Positions 44,571 to 57,335 of a DNA stretch of 64,000 bases are shown one piece after another. The notes below the pieces were generated by a model, which saw only the letters and a program-made list of their open reading frames with translations, made no database searches and was not told the origin of the DNA. The translations under genes were made by a program, and so were the position numbers. Origin of the DNA: Candidatus Babeliales bacterium (lineage in GTDB: Bacteria > Babelota > Babeliae > Babelales > JBFXEV01); contig JBFXEV010000001.1 in NCBI GenBank assembly GCA_050179755.1, positions 841,994 to 905,993 on the forward strand. The letters are read 5' to 3'. Positions within the stretch are counted from its first letter, which is position 1. Each line of letters begins with the position of its first letter.

Positions 44571-45458
44571 TTGGCTTTATACTTTCAAAAAACATTAGAG
44601 AGACTTGTGCAAGATGTCTATGATATAAAGAGCGGCAAAGTAACCAGATGGGATCTTGTGCAGCGTGATTTAGGGCAACTAAAAGCACAATGGGGTCAAT
44701 CAAATGCAAGAGCATATACACTTCTTAAGTATGCTTACTCTAATTTAAATAAAGAAGCCGCACTGTATGGAGTAGAAAAAATTACTGAAGTTGGCACAGA
44801 GATGTTTTTAACCAATCAAGCAATCAGTGGTTTTGGTCACTTGATTGGCAATGGCGCGCGCGCTTTAGATGATATAATACAAGCTGGTAATGGTATTGAT
44901 AAATTTAATAACTTGCCATTGAATGGCCAAACGCTGCAAGCCTTTATTGGCTATGAAGCTGTTCTTGCAGAAGGACGAGCTGCAGTAGCTCAAGCAATAG
45001 GTGTTGCAGGAGCTGTCGCGGAAGAAACGCTTGATGGCGCTTCAAAAGTGCTTCCGGCAGTTTTTGCAATGAATAATGGTGGCCCAGGCGGTAATGATCC
45101 AAAGAATCTAGTTAGTGCGGGAAAGATTCAGAAATATTTGAAACATCCATATCAAGCTAAATACAAAGTCAACATAAAAAGCGTTGAAAGAATAGCTAAG
45201 AAGGTTGCGAGACTTGATTTCAATAAACGACGACATATACTTCAAGTAAAGCATGCTTGGGATAGATTAGTTGTTGATCCCAATGATTGGGATGCTGTAG
45301 CTAGAATAATCACAAAAGTGATGAAAGAAGGTAGAGTGGAAAAGAAATTTAATCATTTTATAAAATATGCGGAAATTTTTGGAGAGAGAGTTGAAGTTCA
45401 GTATATTGTAAAGCATAATAAAACGATGATAAGTGACGCATGGATAAGAACGATATAA
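44571..45458 (+). CDS. Polymorphic toxin C-terminal part, Ntox35-like predicted RNase; probably 5'-truncated
   Basis: HILQVKHAWDRLV...W..V..II..VM..G...V.V...ISDAW after a G/A-rich linker (MNNGGPGG); TTG start without RBS or signal peptide; in-frame TAG at 44550. Confidence 0.65.
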   Translation: MALYFQKTLERLVQDVYDIKSGKVTRWDLVQRDLGQLKAQWGQSNARAYTLLKYAYSNLNKEAALYGVEKITEVGTEMFLTNQAISGFGHLIGNGARALDDIIQAGNGIDKFNNLPLNGQTLQAFIGYEAVLAEGRAAVAQAIGVAGAVAEETLDGASKVLPAVFAMNNGGPGGNDPKNLVSAGKIQKYLKHPYQAKYKVNIKSVERIAKKVARLDFNKRRHILQVKHAWDRLVVDPNDWDAVARIITKVMKEGRVEKKFNHFIKYAEIFGERVEVQYIVKHNKTMISDAWIRTI

Positions 45459-45898
45459 GAGAATTTAAGAATTCTTTATTGCAAGGTGATTTTGATAAGG
45501 CTAAGTTATATATAAAAGATCTCGATAATGAAAAAATTTATGATTTAATTGTAGAAATAAATTTTAATGATGAATCAATGGTAAGTTATTGCTTTTTGGC
45601 TAGTTTATTGCATGATAATGAAACAGCGGAGCTGCATATCAATGCTGCAAGTTTTTTAACATTTTTTCTATTTCATATACAAGGGGCATATAATTCGGCT
45701 TTATATCATTTGCGTCAGGCTATTAAATTAGATCCAGATAATATTGAATATCAAGAGCTCCTATTGCATTTTAATGAAATACCGGATCGTTTAGTTAGTC
45801 AGGACGAGGCAATAGCAGTTGCCAAAAATATTCTAAAAGATAAATCAGATAGCTCTGTAGCTTTGAGAATATTAAGTGACTATAAAATAAATAATTAA
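45440..45898 (+). CDS. Probable cognate immunity protein (TPR-like helical)
   Basis: Overlaps toxin 3' end; acidic, low GC; GAYNSALYHLRQAIKLDPDN. Confidence 0.7.
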   Translation: MDKNDIREFKNSLLQGDFDKAKLYIKDLDNEKIYDLIVEINFNDESMVSYCFLASLLHDNETAELHINAASFLTFFLFHIQGAYNSALYHLRQAIKLDPDNIEYQELLLHFNEIPDRLVSQDEAIAVAKNILKDKSDSSVALRILSDYKINN

Positions 45899-45917
45899 TT
45901 AAAACAGTTATAATTCC

Positions 45918-46352
45918 ATGAACGAAGTTATTAAAGAATTAATTTTAAGAGGCTCGTTTGAAGAAGCAAATTACTTACTAATTTCATTTGGAGAACAGGA
46001 AATAGAAAGCTTTTTAGTAAATTTAGCATGTGAGTCTCAAAGTATAACGGCATATGGCTTTATAATTAATAATTTAATACAGCAGGAAACAATATATTGG
46101 CATAAAATGGCAGCAGTTTTGTTCTTAGCGCCTTTAAGTCGTGTTATAGGAGCTTATCCTTTAGGCCTTTATCATACAAGGAGAGCAATGGCGCTAGATT
46201 CTAATGATGTTGGTGCAAAGTCATTGTTGTTGTCTTATCATAATTCTCCTGCTCCTACAGTAACAAAAGAAGAGGCAATTGAAGTCGCAAAAGAAATTGT
46301 TATTACCCAATATAATGATGAATTTACTATCACTGATCGGTTAAACGCATAA
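45918..46352 (+). CDS. Second immunity-like paralog
   Basis: GAYPLGLYHTRRAMALDSND and EEAIEVAKEI align with the preceding gene. Confidence 0.7.
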   Translation: MNEVIKELILRGSFEEANYLLISFGEQEIESFLVNLACESQSITAYGFIINNLIQQETIYWHKMAAVLFLAPLSRVIGAYPLGLYHTRRAMALDSNDVGAKSLLLSYHNSPAPTVTKEEAIEVAKEIVITQYNDEFTITDRLNA

Positions 46353-46392
46353 ATGCTAATTTATTAAAGATGACCTGAATACTCATGATCTT

Positions 46393-46468
46393 TTTTTTCT
46401 ATTTTATAAAGGAGGCGTATGGGTGAGCTTTATATCATTTGCGACGGGCTATTCAATTAGATCCGGAA
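46393..46468 (+). pseudogene. Fragment of a third immunity copy
   Basis: FFLFYK/EAYG*ALYHLRRAIQLDPE vs FFLFHIQGAYNSALYHLRQAIKLDPD; frameshift plus TGA. Confidence 0.7.
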
Positions 46469-46501
46469 AAGCCTACTCAAAATTATCTACTCATGCGTTT
46501 A

Positions 46502-46698
46502 TCTAGTATCGAAAAAAAGGATGGCTTTATTTTAATGGTTTAAAATTGGGCGATAAGGACACAGGTGCTCAATATAAAATATCTATTGAAAATTTTGTCA
46601 GTCTTCTTGAAAAATGGAAAAAATTAAATGAAGAGGGCGTGCGCGAAATTGTCATAAGACAAGAAGATAGTTCAGTAATTATCAGTGGTAATTATTAA
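46502..46698 (+). pseudogene. Frameshifted, 5'-truncated paralog of 46699..47070
   Basis: YKISIENFVSLLEKWKKLNEEGVREIVIRQEDSSVIISGNY* aligns with FSTSIDNLIKLYKEIKRLEDLGVNKINISLDNDELLILGE; SSIEKKDGFILM lies in another frame. Confidence 0.6.
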
Positions 46699-47070
46699 AT
46701 GGCTATGCAACAATATATGACTTTTCTCCAAGAAAAACTGTTTCATTATAAATTAGATAAATATAGCGATGATACGATGTTTACTGTGTACATGTGCTTA
46801 ACTGATGGATTAGGAATGGAGTCTTACGTAAATTTTTTAGAAAATACTGAAAGAGTTAGATTAGGTGGTAATATTTGTAGTATAGTTAAATTAGGTAAGA
46901 TGGTTTCTTTGTCTATACATGAAGAAATAATACCTGATTTGCCTGTATTTAGCACGAGTATAGATAATTTGATCAAACTATATAAGGAAATTAAAAGATT
47001 AGAAGATCTTGGAGTTAATAAAATTAATATTTCCTTGGATAATGATGAGCTATTGATTCTTGGGGAATAA
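46699..47070 (+). CDS. Small acidic protein, possible orphan immunity protein
   Basis: 123 aa, low GC, last gene of toxin cassette, has an adjacent decayed paralog. Confidence 0.55.
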   Translation: MAMQQYMTFLQEKLFHYKLDKYSDDTMFTVYMCLTDGLGMESYVNFLENTERVRLGGNICSIVKLGKMVSLSIHEEIIPDLPVFSTSIDNLIKLYKEIKRLEDLGVNKINISLDNDELLILGE

Positions 47071-47119
47071 ATAAAGAGATTTCAACCTTAAATTTTTTGT
47101 TCTATGGGAATAACCGTTG

Positions 47120-48202
47120 CTACTTCGCTGCGTTTACTAAATAACCTTCAATAAATTGCATTAAATCCCCATCAAGCACTAAATCAGGTTGCGGCGATTC
47201 AATATCAGTGCGGTGGTCTTTAACCATCTTATAAGGGTGCAACACATACGAGCGAATTTGTGAACCCCATTCAATTTTCTTTTTTTCTATTTTATTTAGT
47301 TCTGCTTGTTGCTCTTCCCGCTGCTTTTGCGCTAATTTTGCCATGAGCATTTTCATGGCAGTTTCACGGTTTTGAATTTGAGATCGTTCACTTTGGCATT
47401 GCACCACTATATTAGTGGGAATATGGGTAATGCGCACGGCAGAATCTGTTTTATTCACGTGCTGGCCGCCCGCACCACTTGCGCGGTAGGTGTCTACACG
47501 AAGATCTTTAGGTTCTATGGCAATTTCTACTTCTTCCACTTCAGGAGTTACATGCACGCCAGCAAAAGAGGTGTGGCGGCGCTTTGCAGCATCAAAAGGT
47601 GAAATGCGCACTAATCTATGAATGCCGTGCTCACTTTTGAGTATGCCATACGGATTTTTACCCTTAATATAGAGTGTGGCCGATTTAATGCCTGCTTCTT
47701 CGCCTGGTTGCATATCTATAATGGTGGCTTTCAAGCCATAATTCTCGCAAAAGCGCACATACATGCGCAATATCATTTGAGCCCAATCTTGGGATTCCGT
47801 GCCACCTGCACCGGCATTAATGCTAAAAAAGCACGCTGCTTTATCAGATGGTTCATGCAAAAGAAGCTCAATTTTAAATGTACGTAGCTCTTTAATGAGC
47901 TTATGGATATCAGGTTCTAGGTTTGCAAGCTCTGCTTCATCAGTAGCAAAAAGGTCAATAAGCTCCTGAAGCTCCTCATGGCAGGTGATAATATTCATAT
48001 ACTGCTCACGTTGGGTGCGAACAGCTTGCAGTTCTTTGGAGATAGTATCGCGGTCGGGGTTTTGCCAAAAATTTTCTTGCTTGACCTCGTTTGAAAGCCG
48101 TTCATAGGCTTGCTCCAAGCCACTATTGCTCCAATAGGCTTTTATGGTGGCAAGATCAGGGGCAGCTATTTTTAAGGTTTCTTTAAGGTAATCGGCAAGC
48201 AT
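47120..48202 (-). CDS. prfB: Peptide chain release factor 2
   Basis: GAGGTESQDWA, RISPFD (SPF), GAGGQHVNKTDSAVR, WGSQIRSY. Confidence 0.97.
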   Translation of the reverse strand: MLADYLKETLKIAAPDLATIKAYWSNSGLEQAYERLSNEVKQENFWQNPDRDTISKELQAVRTQREQYMNIITCHEELQELIDLFATDEAELANLEPDIHKLIKELRTFKIELLLHEPSDKAACFFSINAGAGGTESQDWAQMILRMYVRFCENYGLKATIIDMQPGEEAGIKSATLYIKGKNPYGILKSEHGIHRLVRISPFDAAKRRHTSFAGVHVTPEVEEVEIAIEPKDLRVDTYRASGAGGQHVNKTDSAVRITHIPTNIVVQCQSERSQIQNRETAMKMLMAKLAQKQREEQQAELNKIEKKKIEWGSQIRSYVLHPYKMVKDHRTDIESPQPDLVLDGDLMQFIEGYLVNAAK

Positions 48203-48393
48203 GGGTTCCTTTTAAAGTAAGATTTCTTACTGTAGTATAGCATGCAGTAAGAATACTTGGCAATTAATGAATATTTACTACTTGCAAAATATAAAAATGG
48301 TGCTACGCTATTAATACCTATAGAGGGTATGAAGCAATCGTCAACTTTTCGTCAATTTTCCCTCTTTTTGTAATTTCTTAACTAAAAAAATAT

Positions 48394-49002
48394 ATGACTC
48401 CAGGAAAACTATTTGTTGTTTCGGCTCCCTCAGGGGCAGGTAAAACTAGTTTGGTTCTCAAGGCACTTGAACAGCTTAATGGCAGGTGCTTGGTAGAAAG
48501 AGTAGTTTCGTATACCTCAAAAACGCCTCGACCTGGGGATGTTCATGGGTTTGACTACTTTTTTATACCAAAAGAAGAATTTTTGGTAAAGATTGAAGAA
48601 GGGTTTTTTATAGAATATAGTACCGCCTATGGCAATTATTATGGTACTCCTGCTCATATAGTAGATAATGTGGCTCAGGGAAATTCCTATATTTTGGTTA
48701 TTGACCGAGCGGGAGCCAAGCAGATTGCCCAGAAAACTGAACATGCTGTACTGATCTGGATAGATATTCCTGATATTGAAACGCTTGAAAAACGACTCGT
48801 TCTTAGAAAAACAGAAGATGAAGATCAGCTAAGAACTCGGCTTTTACTTGCTCAAAAGGAGCTTTTGGAAGAAAAACAAGAAAATTTTTATCATTATCAT
48901 ATCTGTAACGATATCTTTGAAAACGCCCTAGGAGAGCTGTTATCCGTAATAGTGGCAAATCTGGAAGGCGGCAGGAAGCCTACAGATTTAAAAAAAAAGT
49001 AA
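48394..49002 (+). CDS. gmk: Guanylate kinase
   Basis: SAPSGAGKTS, SYTSKTPRPG, GNYYGT. Confidence 0.95.
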   Translation: MTPGKLFVVSAPSGAGKTSLVLKALEQLNGRCLVERVVSYTSKTPRPGDVHGFDYFFIPKEEFLVKIEEGFFIEYSTAYGNYYGTPAHIVDNVAQGNSYILVIDRAGAKQIAQKTEHAVLIWIDIPDIETLEKRLVLRKTEDEDQLRTRLLLAQKELLEEKQENFYHYHICNDIFENALGELLSVIVANLEGGRKPTDLKKK

Positions 49003-49020
49003 AAAAAGTGTAAAAAAATG

Positions 49021-49049
49021 TTGACGTTGCGCGTTTGGCAACATATACT
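49021..49049 (+). promoter_or_regulatory. rrn promoter P1
   Basis: TTGACG-N17-TATACT with upstream A-tracts. Confidence 0.7.
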
Positions 49050-49132
49050 TATTGAGCATTGAAAACGAAACGACCGAAAAAAACAGGTTTGAAATTTGCA
49101 AAGTGAACCGAAAAAAAAGTTTACAAAAACAG

Positions 49133-49160
49133 TTGACACGAGGTTAAAGTCTTGTATAAT
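49133..49160 (+). promoter_or_regulatory. rrn promoter P2
   Basis: TTGACA-N16-TATAAT with upstream A-tracts. Confidence 0.8.
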
Positions 49161-49229
49161 TGTTCTTAGTAACCAAACATCGATCACCTATCAAATGGCC
49201 TTCGAATCGTTACTTTTATAAAAATTAAG

Positions 49230-49242
49230 TATTCTTTGAAAT
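49230..49242 (+). promoter_or_regulatory. boxA-like antitermination site in rrn leader (second copy 51346-51358)
   Basis: tattctttgaaat before 16S and tgttctttgaaat before 23S. Confidence 0.6.
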
Positions 49243-49306
49243 ACACGAAAATCCTAAATAAATTTCGCTTGTCGTTAATAATGACAATTTAATTCATCCA
49301 AATTTT

Positions 49307-50847
<1,541 letters not shown>

Positions 50848-50970
50848 CGAGGGAGATTTGCCTGATAAATACCTCACTTTAAGTGAGTTGTAATTTATCT
50901 ACTATATATAAGGTGTAAATAAACAAATTGCCATTATGGCGACAAGCGATTAGAAATTAAATAAAGGTTG

Positions 50971-51047
50971 GGGCCTATAGCTCAGTTGGTTAGAGCGCCC
51001 TGTTGATAACGGGGAGGTCAACTGTTCGAGTCAGTTTAGGCCCACCA
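50971..51047 (+). tRNA. tRNA-Ile (GAT)
   Basis: GGGCCTA...TAGGCCC-A-CCA; anticodon loop TT-GAT-AA. Confidence 0.97.
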
Positions 51048-51106
51048 GTGCAAATGTACTGATGTGGGCTGAATCTTTCGGTTATCGGCTTATGCTTACC
51101 ATTTTT

Positions 51107-51182
51107 GGGGGTGTAGCTCAGTTGGTAGAGCGTCCGTTTTGCACGCGGAAGGCCAGCGGTTCGAATCCGCTCATCTCCACCA
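51107..51182 (+). tRNA. tRNA-Ala (TGC)
   Basis: GGGGGTG...CATCTCC-A-CCA with G3:U70; anticodon TT-TGC-AC. Confidence 0.97.
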
Positions 51183-51418
51183 TACTTCGCCAAGGCTTCG
51201 TATGGCACGGCCATTCTTTTCGAGAAAATGAACTTAATAAGTAAGTTTTCTTTCTGGAGAGCGATGACTGACAAGTAATTCCTTAAAAGTAATCAAAATT
51301 TCTAAATTCCCAAACGGATTTCGTGTAATAAGAACAAAAAATTCATGTTCTTTGAAATATATGTGATAGACAAATATTAATTAAATATAATGACGTCTTT
51401 TCTTTAGCTCATAAATTT

Positions 51419-54439
<3,021 letters not shown>

Positions 54440-54541
54440 TTACAAAAAATTTGAAAAGACTAGACGTTTTTAATAAATTTGTATATCATATATATTTCAG
54501 AGACATGAGATAAATTTGTTCTTATGCATGAACTAAAAATT

Positions 54542-54657
54542 TCCTGGTGGAAATAGTTGTAGGGCAACACCCGTTCCCATTTCGAATACGGAAGTTAAGT
54601 TTACAACGCTGATGATACTTGGCTGGTAACGGCCTGGAAAAGCAAGTACTGCCGGGA
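54542..54657 (+). rRNA. rrf: 5S rRNA
   Basis: tcctggtg...ctgccggga terminal helix; CACCCGTTCCCATTTCGAATACGGAAGTTAAG. Confidence 0.96.
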
Positions 54658-54664
54658 TTAAATT

Positions 54665-54700
54665 AAAAACCTCGAAGAGAAATCTTCGGGGTTTTTTTTT
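54665..54700 (+). terminator. rrn intrinsic terminator
   Basis: aaaaacctcgaaga-gaaa-tcttcggggttttttttt. Confidence 0.9.
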
Positions 54701-54783
54701 GACTAAAAACAACATTACTAGTGAATATGCATTATAGTTTTGATAAACTAATAATAATAAGAAACTATCTATAAGGATAAACT

Positions 54784-55080
54784 ATGAACCAGCGATTACT
54801 ATTTTTGGGATTGTGGCTAATGAGCGTTTCTGCAGTTTATGCAATGGATAAAGAGCAAGAACAAAAAAGCATGGAAAGGCAATGCAAAGAAGAGCATCCA
54901 TTACCGGTAAGTAATCGTCAACGCATGCTAGATCGGGCAGTGATTGAAATAACACATATCGATGATCTTGCAGAACGAATGGCTATTGTGAGAAAGTATG
55001 AGCTACAAGGGCTAACTCTAGACGAAATGTTTGAACGAAATGAACAAATATTGCGTGAGCATGCCAGAACTACTGGTTAG
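54784..55080 (+). CDS. Small secreted hypothetical protein
   Basis: AAGGA RBS; signal peptide LLFLGLWLMSVSAVYA-MDK. Confidence 0.75.
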   Translation: MNQRLLFLGLWLMSVSAVYAMDKEQEQKSMERQCKEEHPLPVSNRQRMLDRAVIEITHIDDLAERMAIVRKYELQGLTLDEMFERNEQILREHARTTG

Positions 55081-55145
55081 TGACCAATGTGGCGCAGCGA
55101 GCATCTATAGTAAATTTTAGTATAGAAGATGAACGAGGAAATTAT

Positions 55146-55910
55146 ATGTACATGCGCGTGTTGTTTCTGGGATTGTGGTTAATGAGCAATGCGATAACTT
55201 GTGCAATGGAAGAAAATACTCTTGCTCTTTATAGAGGAACTCCTTTGCAACAAGCTCAAAGAAATATTGCTTCACAAAAGTTATGTACCGCTATTTCTCA
55301 AGCACGGTTTGATGACGTGGAAAAAATTATTTTAGATGATCCACTTATTGTAAGATATTCTCCAGACGCGTTATTTGTTTCAAGAGCGGTAGCAATTGCT
55401 GATTATGATCAACGGATATTAAGCCTTGTACTAAGAGCTGGTGGAAATCCAAATGAAGTTAACCCTAAAGATGGTAATACACCCGCGCATATTGCCGCTT
55501 GCCTATTACATAGCGAGGCATTATTGTGTTTGCATGCCAGAAATGCAGACTTAACTGCAAGAAATCATGCGGGCAAAGCACCAGCTGACCACATTCTTAA
55601 TGGTGGCAATATTAATGAGAAGAAGAGAGTTGAGATTGCAGACTGGTTTCGTAGACATGGAATACCTGTTAGGATTCACATGCGTGCACACGTGCCTTCA
55701 GACGCACAAGCGCAATATGAGCAGAGAATTCGCTTAATAGATGCGGCATTGACAGTTATGGGATCTACTGCCGATTCAGAACAACAGAATGCTATTTTGA
55801 GCTTGCTTACGAAACAAGGGATAAATATAGAAGAAATACAGCAGCGCACACAATTACCTATGAATAGAAAAAATCTACGTGGGCTTATAAGGCAGGTGAA
55901 CAAATATTAA
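55146..55910 (+). CDS. Secreted ankyrin-repeat protein
   Basis: Probable ATG 55146 after GAGGA (track start 55080); TCA-MEE; DGNTPAHIAA, ARNHAGKAPAD. Confidence 0.82.
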   Translation: MYMRVLFLGLWLMSNAITCAMEENTLALYRGTPLQQAQRNIASQKLCTAISQARFDDVEKIILDDPLIVRYSPDALFVSRAVAIADYDQRILSLVLRAGGNPNEVNPKDGNTPAHIAACLLHSEALLCLHARNADLTARNHAGKAPADHILNGGNINEKKRVEIADWFRRHGIPVRIHMRAHVPSDAQAQYEQRIRLIDAALTVMGSTADSEQQNAILSLLTKQGINIEEIQQRTQLPMNRKNLRGLIRQVNKY

Positions 55911-56088
55911 TAGAAATTTCATGCTGTGTTTTTTATATTACGTTTTTTGTCTTTTTGATTCAAGATAGAATAAGTAACTCAATACGGTTAGAATGGCAAT
56001 AGAGTGTGATAGCGTTTCTATGGTAACAGTTTAAGGCTCATGAAAAAGTAACAACATTCCAATATGGTAATTAATGAGAGGGAGCAAC

Positions 56089-56559
56089 ATGCAAACGAAT
56101 AAAAAAGTACAGTTATTTACATCGCAAGAATTTAAAAAATATATTAAAAATAAACAAATTTATAAACAGGTGGTTTCAACTCCTGCAGGGTTATTAGAAG
56201 TTCAGGCAACTAAGGATGGCGTCTTTCAAGCAGCATTTGTAGATCAAACTACTCTGCACATTGAAGCCATGCTTAAATGTGATACAGTTTTGCTTGTGGG
56301 AACGCCATTTCAACAACACGTTTGGCAAGAAGCGCTGGCAATTTCTGCAGGAACTACCTTAAGTTATCATGATCTTGCGCATAAGATAGGAAAGCCGTCA
56401 GCGTTCCGCGCGGTAGCCAATGCATTGGGTGCAAATAACATATCATACATTGTGCCATGCCATAGAATTAAGCGCAAAAATGGTGATCTTGGCGGTTATG
56501 CGTGGGGCCTAGACCGCAAACAGGCTTTGCTTGCTTATGAGGCGGTAAAGACTACATGA
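56089..56559 (+). CDS. ogt: Methylated-DNA--protein-cysteine methyltransferase
   Basis: GTPFQQHVW, RAVANALGAN, VPCHR, GGYAWG; ATG after GGGAG (track start 56074). Confidence 0.93.
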   Translation: MQTNKKVQLFTSQEFKKYIKNKQIYKQVVSTPAGLLEVQATKDGVFQAAFVDQTTLHIEAMLKCDTVLLVGTPFQQHVWQEALAISAGTTLSYHDLAHKIGKPSAFRAVANALGANNISYIVPCHRIKRKNGDLGGYAWGLDRKQALLAYEAVKTT

Positions 56560-57335
56560 TTAATGCAGTGCAGCTTGGTGGCTACTTACTAAAAAACTCA
56601 CTTTATTTTTATATAGCATTGTTTACGCATCCTGCAATACAGATTATACAAGAATCTGATGTTCTCTATGTAACGTCATCAATACGTGATGAAACGTACA
56701 ACAATGTTTGGAAGACAAACTTTTCTGTTGAAACGCTCGATCAACGCATCAACGGTATTAAAAATATTTTTGGTGAACAACCATTCATTTGGTGGGTTGA
56801 TCCTTCTGATACACCTACTGATCTTACTAAATATCTTGAGCAGCATAAGTTCACCTTCGTGGAGCAAACAACAATTATGTATCATGCACAAAAGGAACTG
56901 TTGCCTTCTTGTACAGGCAATATTCAGGTGCGCAGGGTTTCGACTGCGCAGGAACTAGATGATTTTTGTACGGTTAAAGGAGGCACGCCAGAACAGATTG
57001 CGCTTAATAAGCAATTATTTGCTACATGTTGTGAGCAACAAAGATATCCGATTGAATTATTTGTCGCTTATCATGATCACGATCCGGTGTGTATTGCGGT
57101 TACCGTGCAACAAGATGGTATCGGCAGTATTCACTCTTTTGCTACCAAGCAAGAAGCACAAGGTAAAGGATACGGCACGCGTATGCTTAATTACGCGCTT
57201 GAGCGATTGTATAGCGCAGGATGCTCAATTGTTTTGCTTGATTCTAGAGCGCAAGCAATTAATTTTTATGAAAAAAATGGCTTTAAAGCAACCGAACTTA
57301 TTATTAAAGCGTATAGATCTCCATTATGCGCGTGA
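56556..57335 (+). CDS. GNAT family N-acetyltransferase
   Basis: QGKGYG acetyl-CoA motif and AINFYEKNGF; ATGA overlap with ogt. Confidence 0.88.
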   Translation: MINAVQLGGYLLKNSLYFYIALFTHPAIQIIQESDVLYVTSSIRDETYNNVWKTNFSVETLDQRINGIKNIFGEQPFIWWVDPSDTPTDLTKYLEQHKFTFVEQTTIMYHAQKELLPSCTGNIQVRRVSTAQELDDFCTVKGGTPEQIALNKQLFATCCEQQRYPIELFVAYHDHDPVCIAVTVQQDGIGSIHSFATKQEAQGKGYGTRMLNYALERLYSAGCSIVLLDSRAQAINFYEKNGFKATELIIKAYRSPLCA

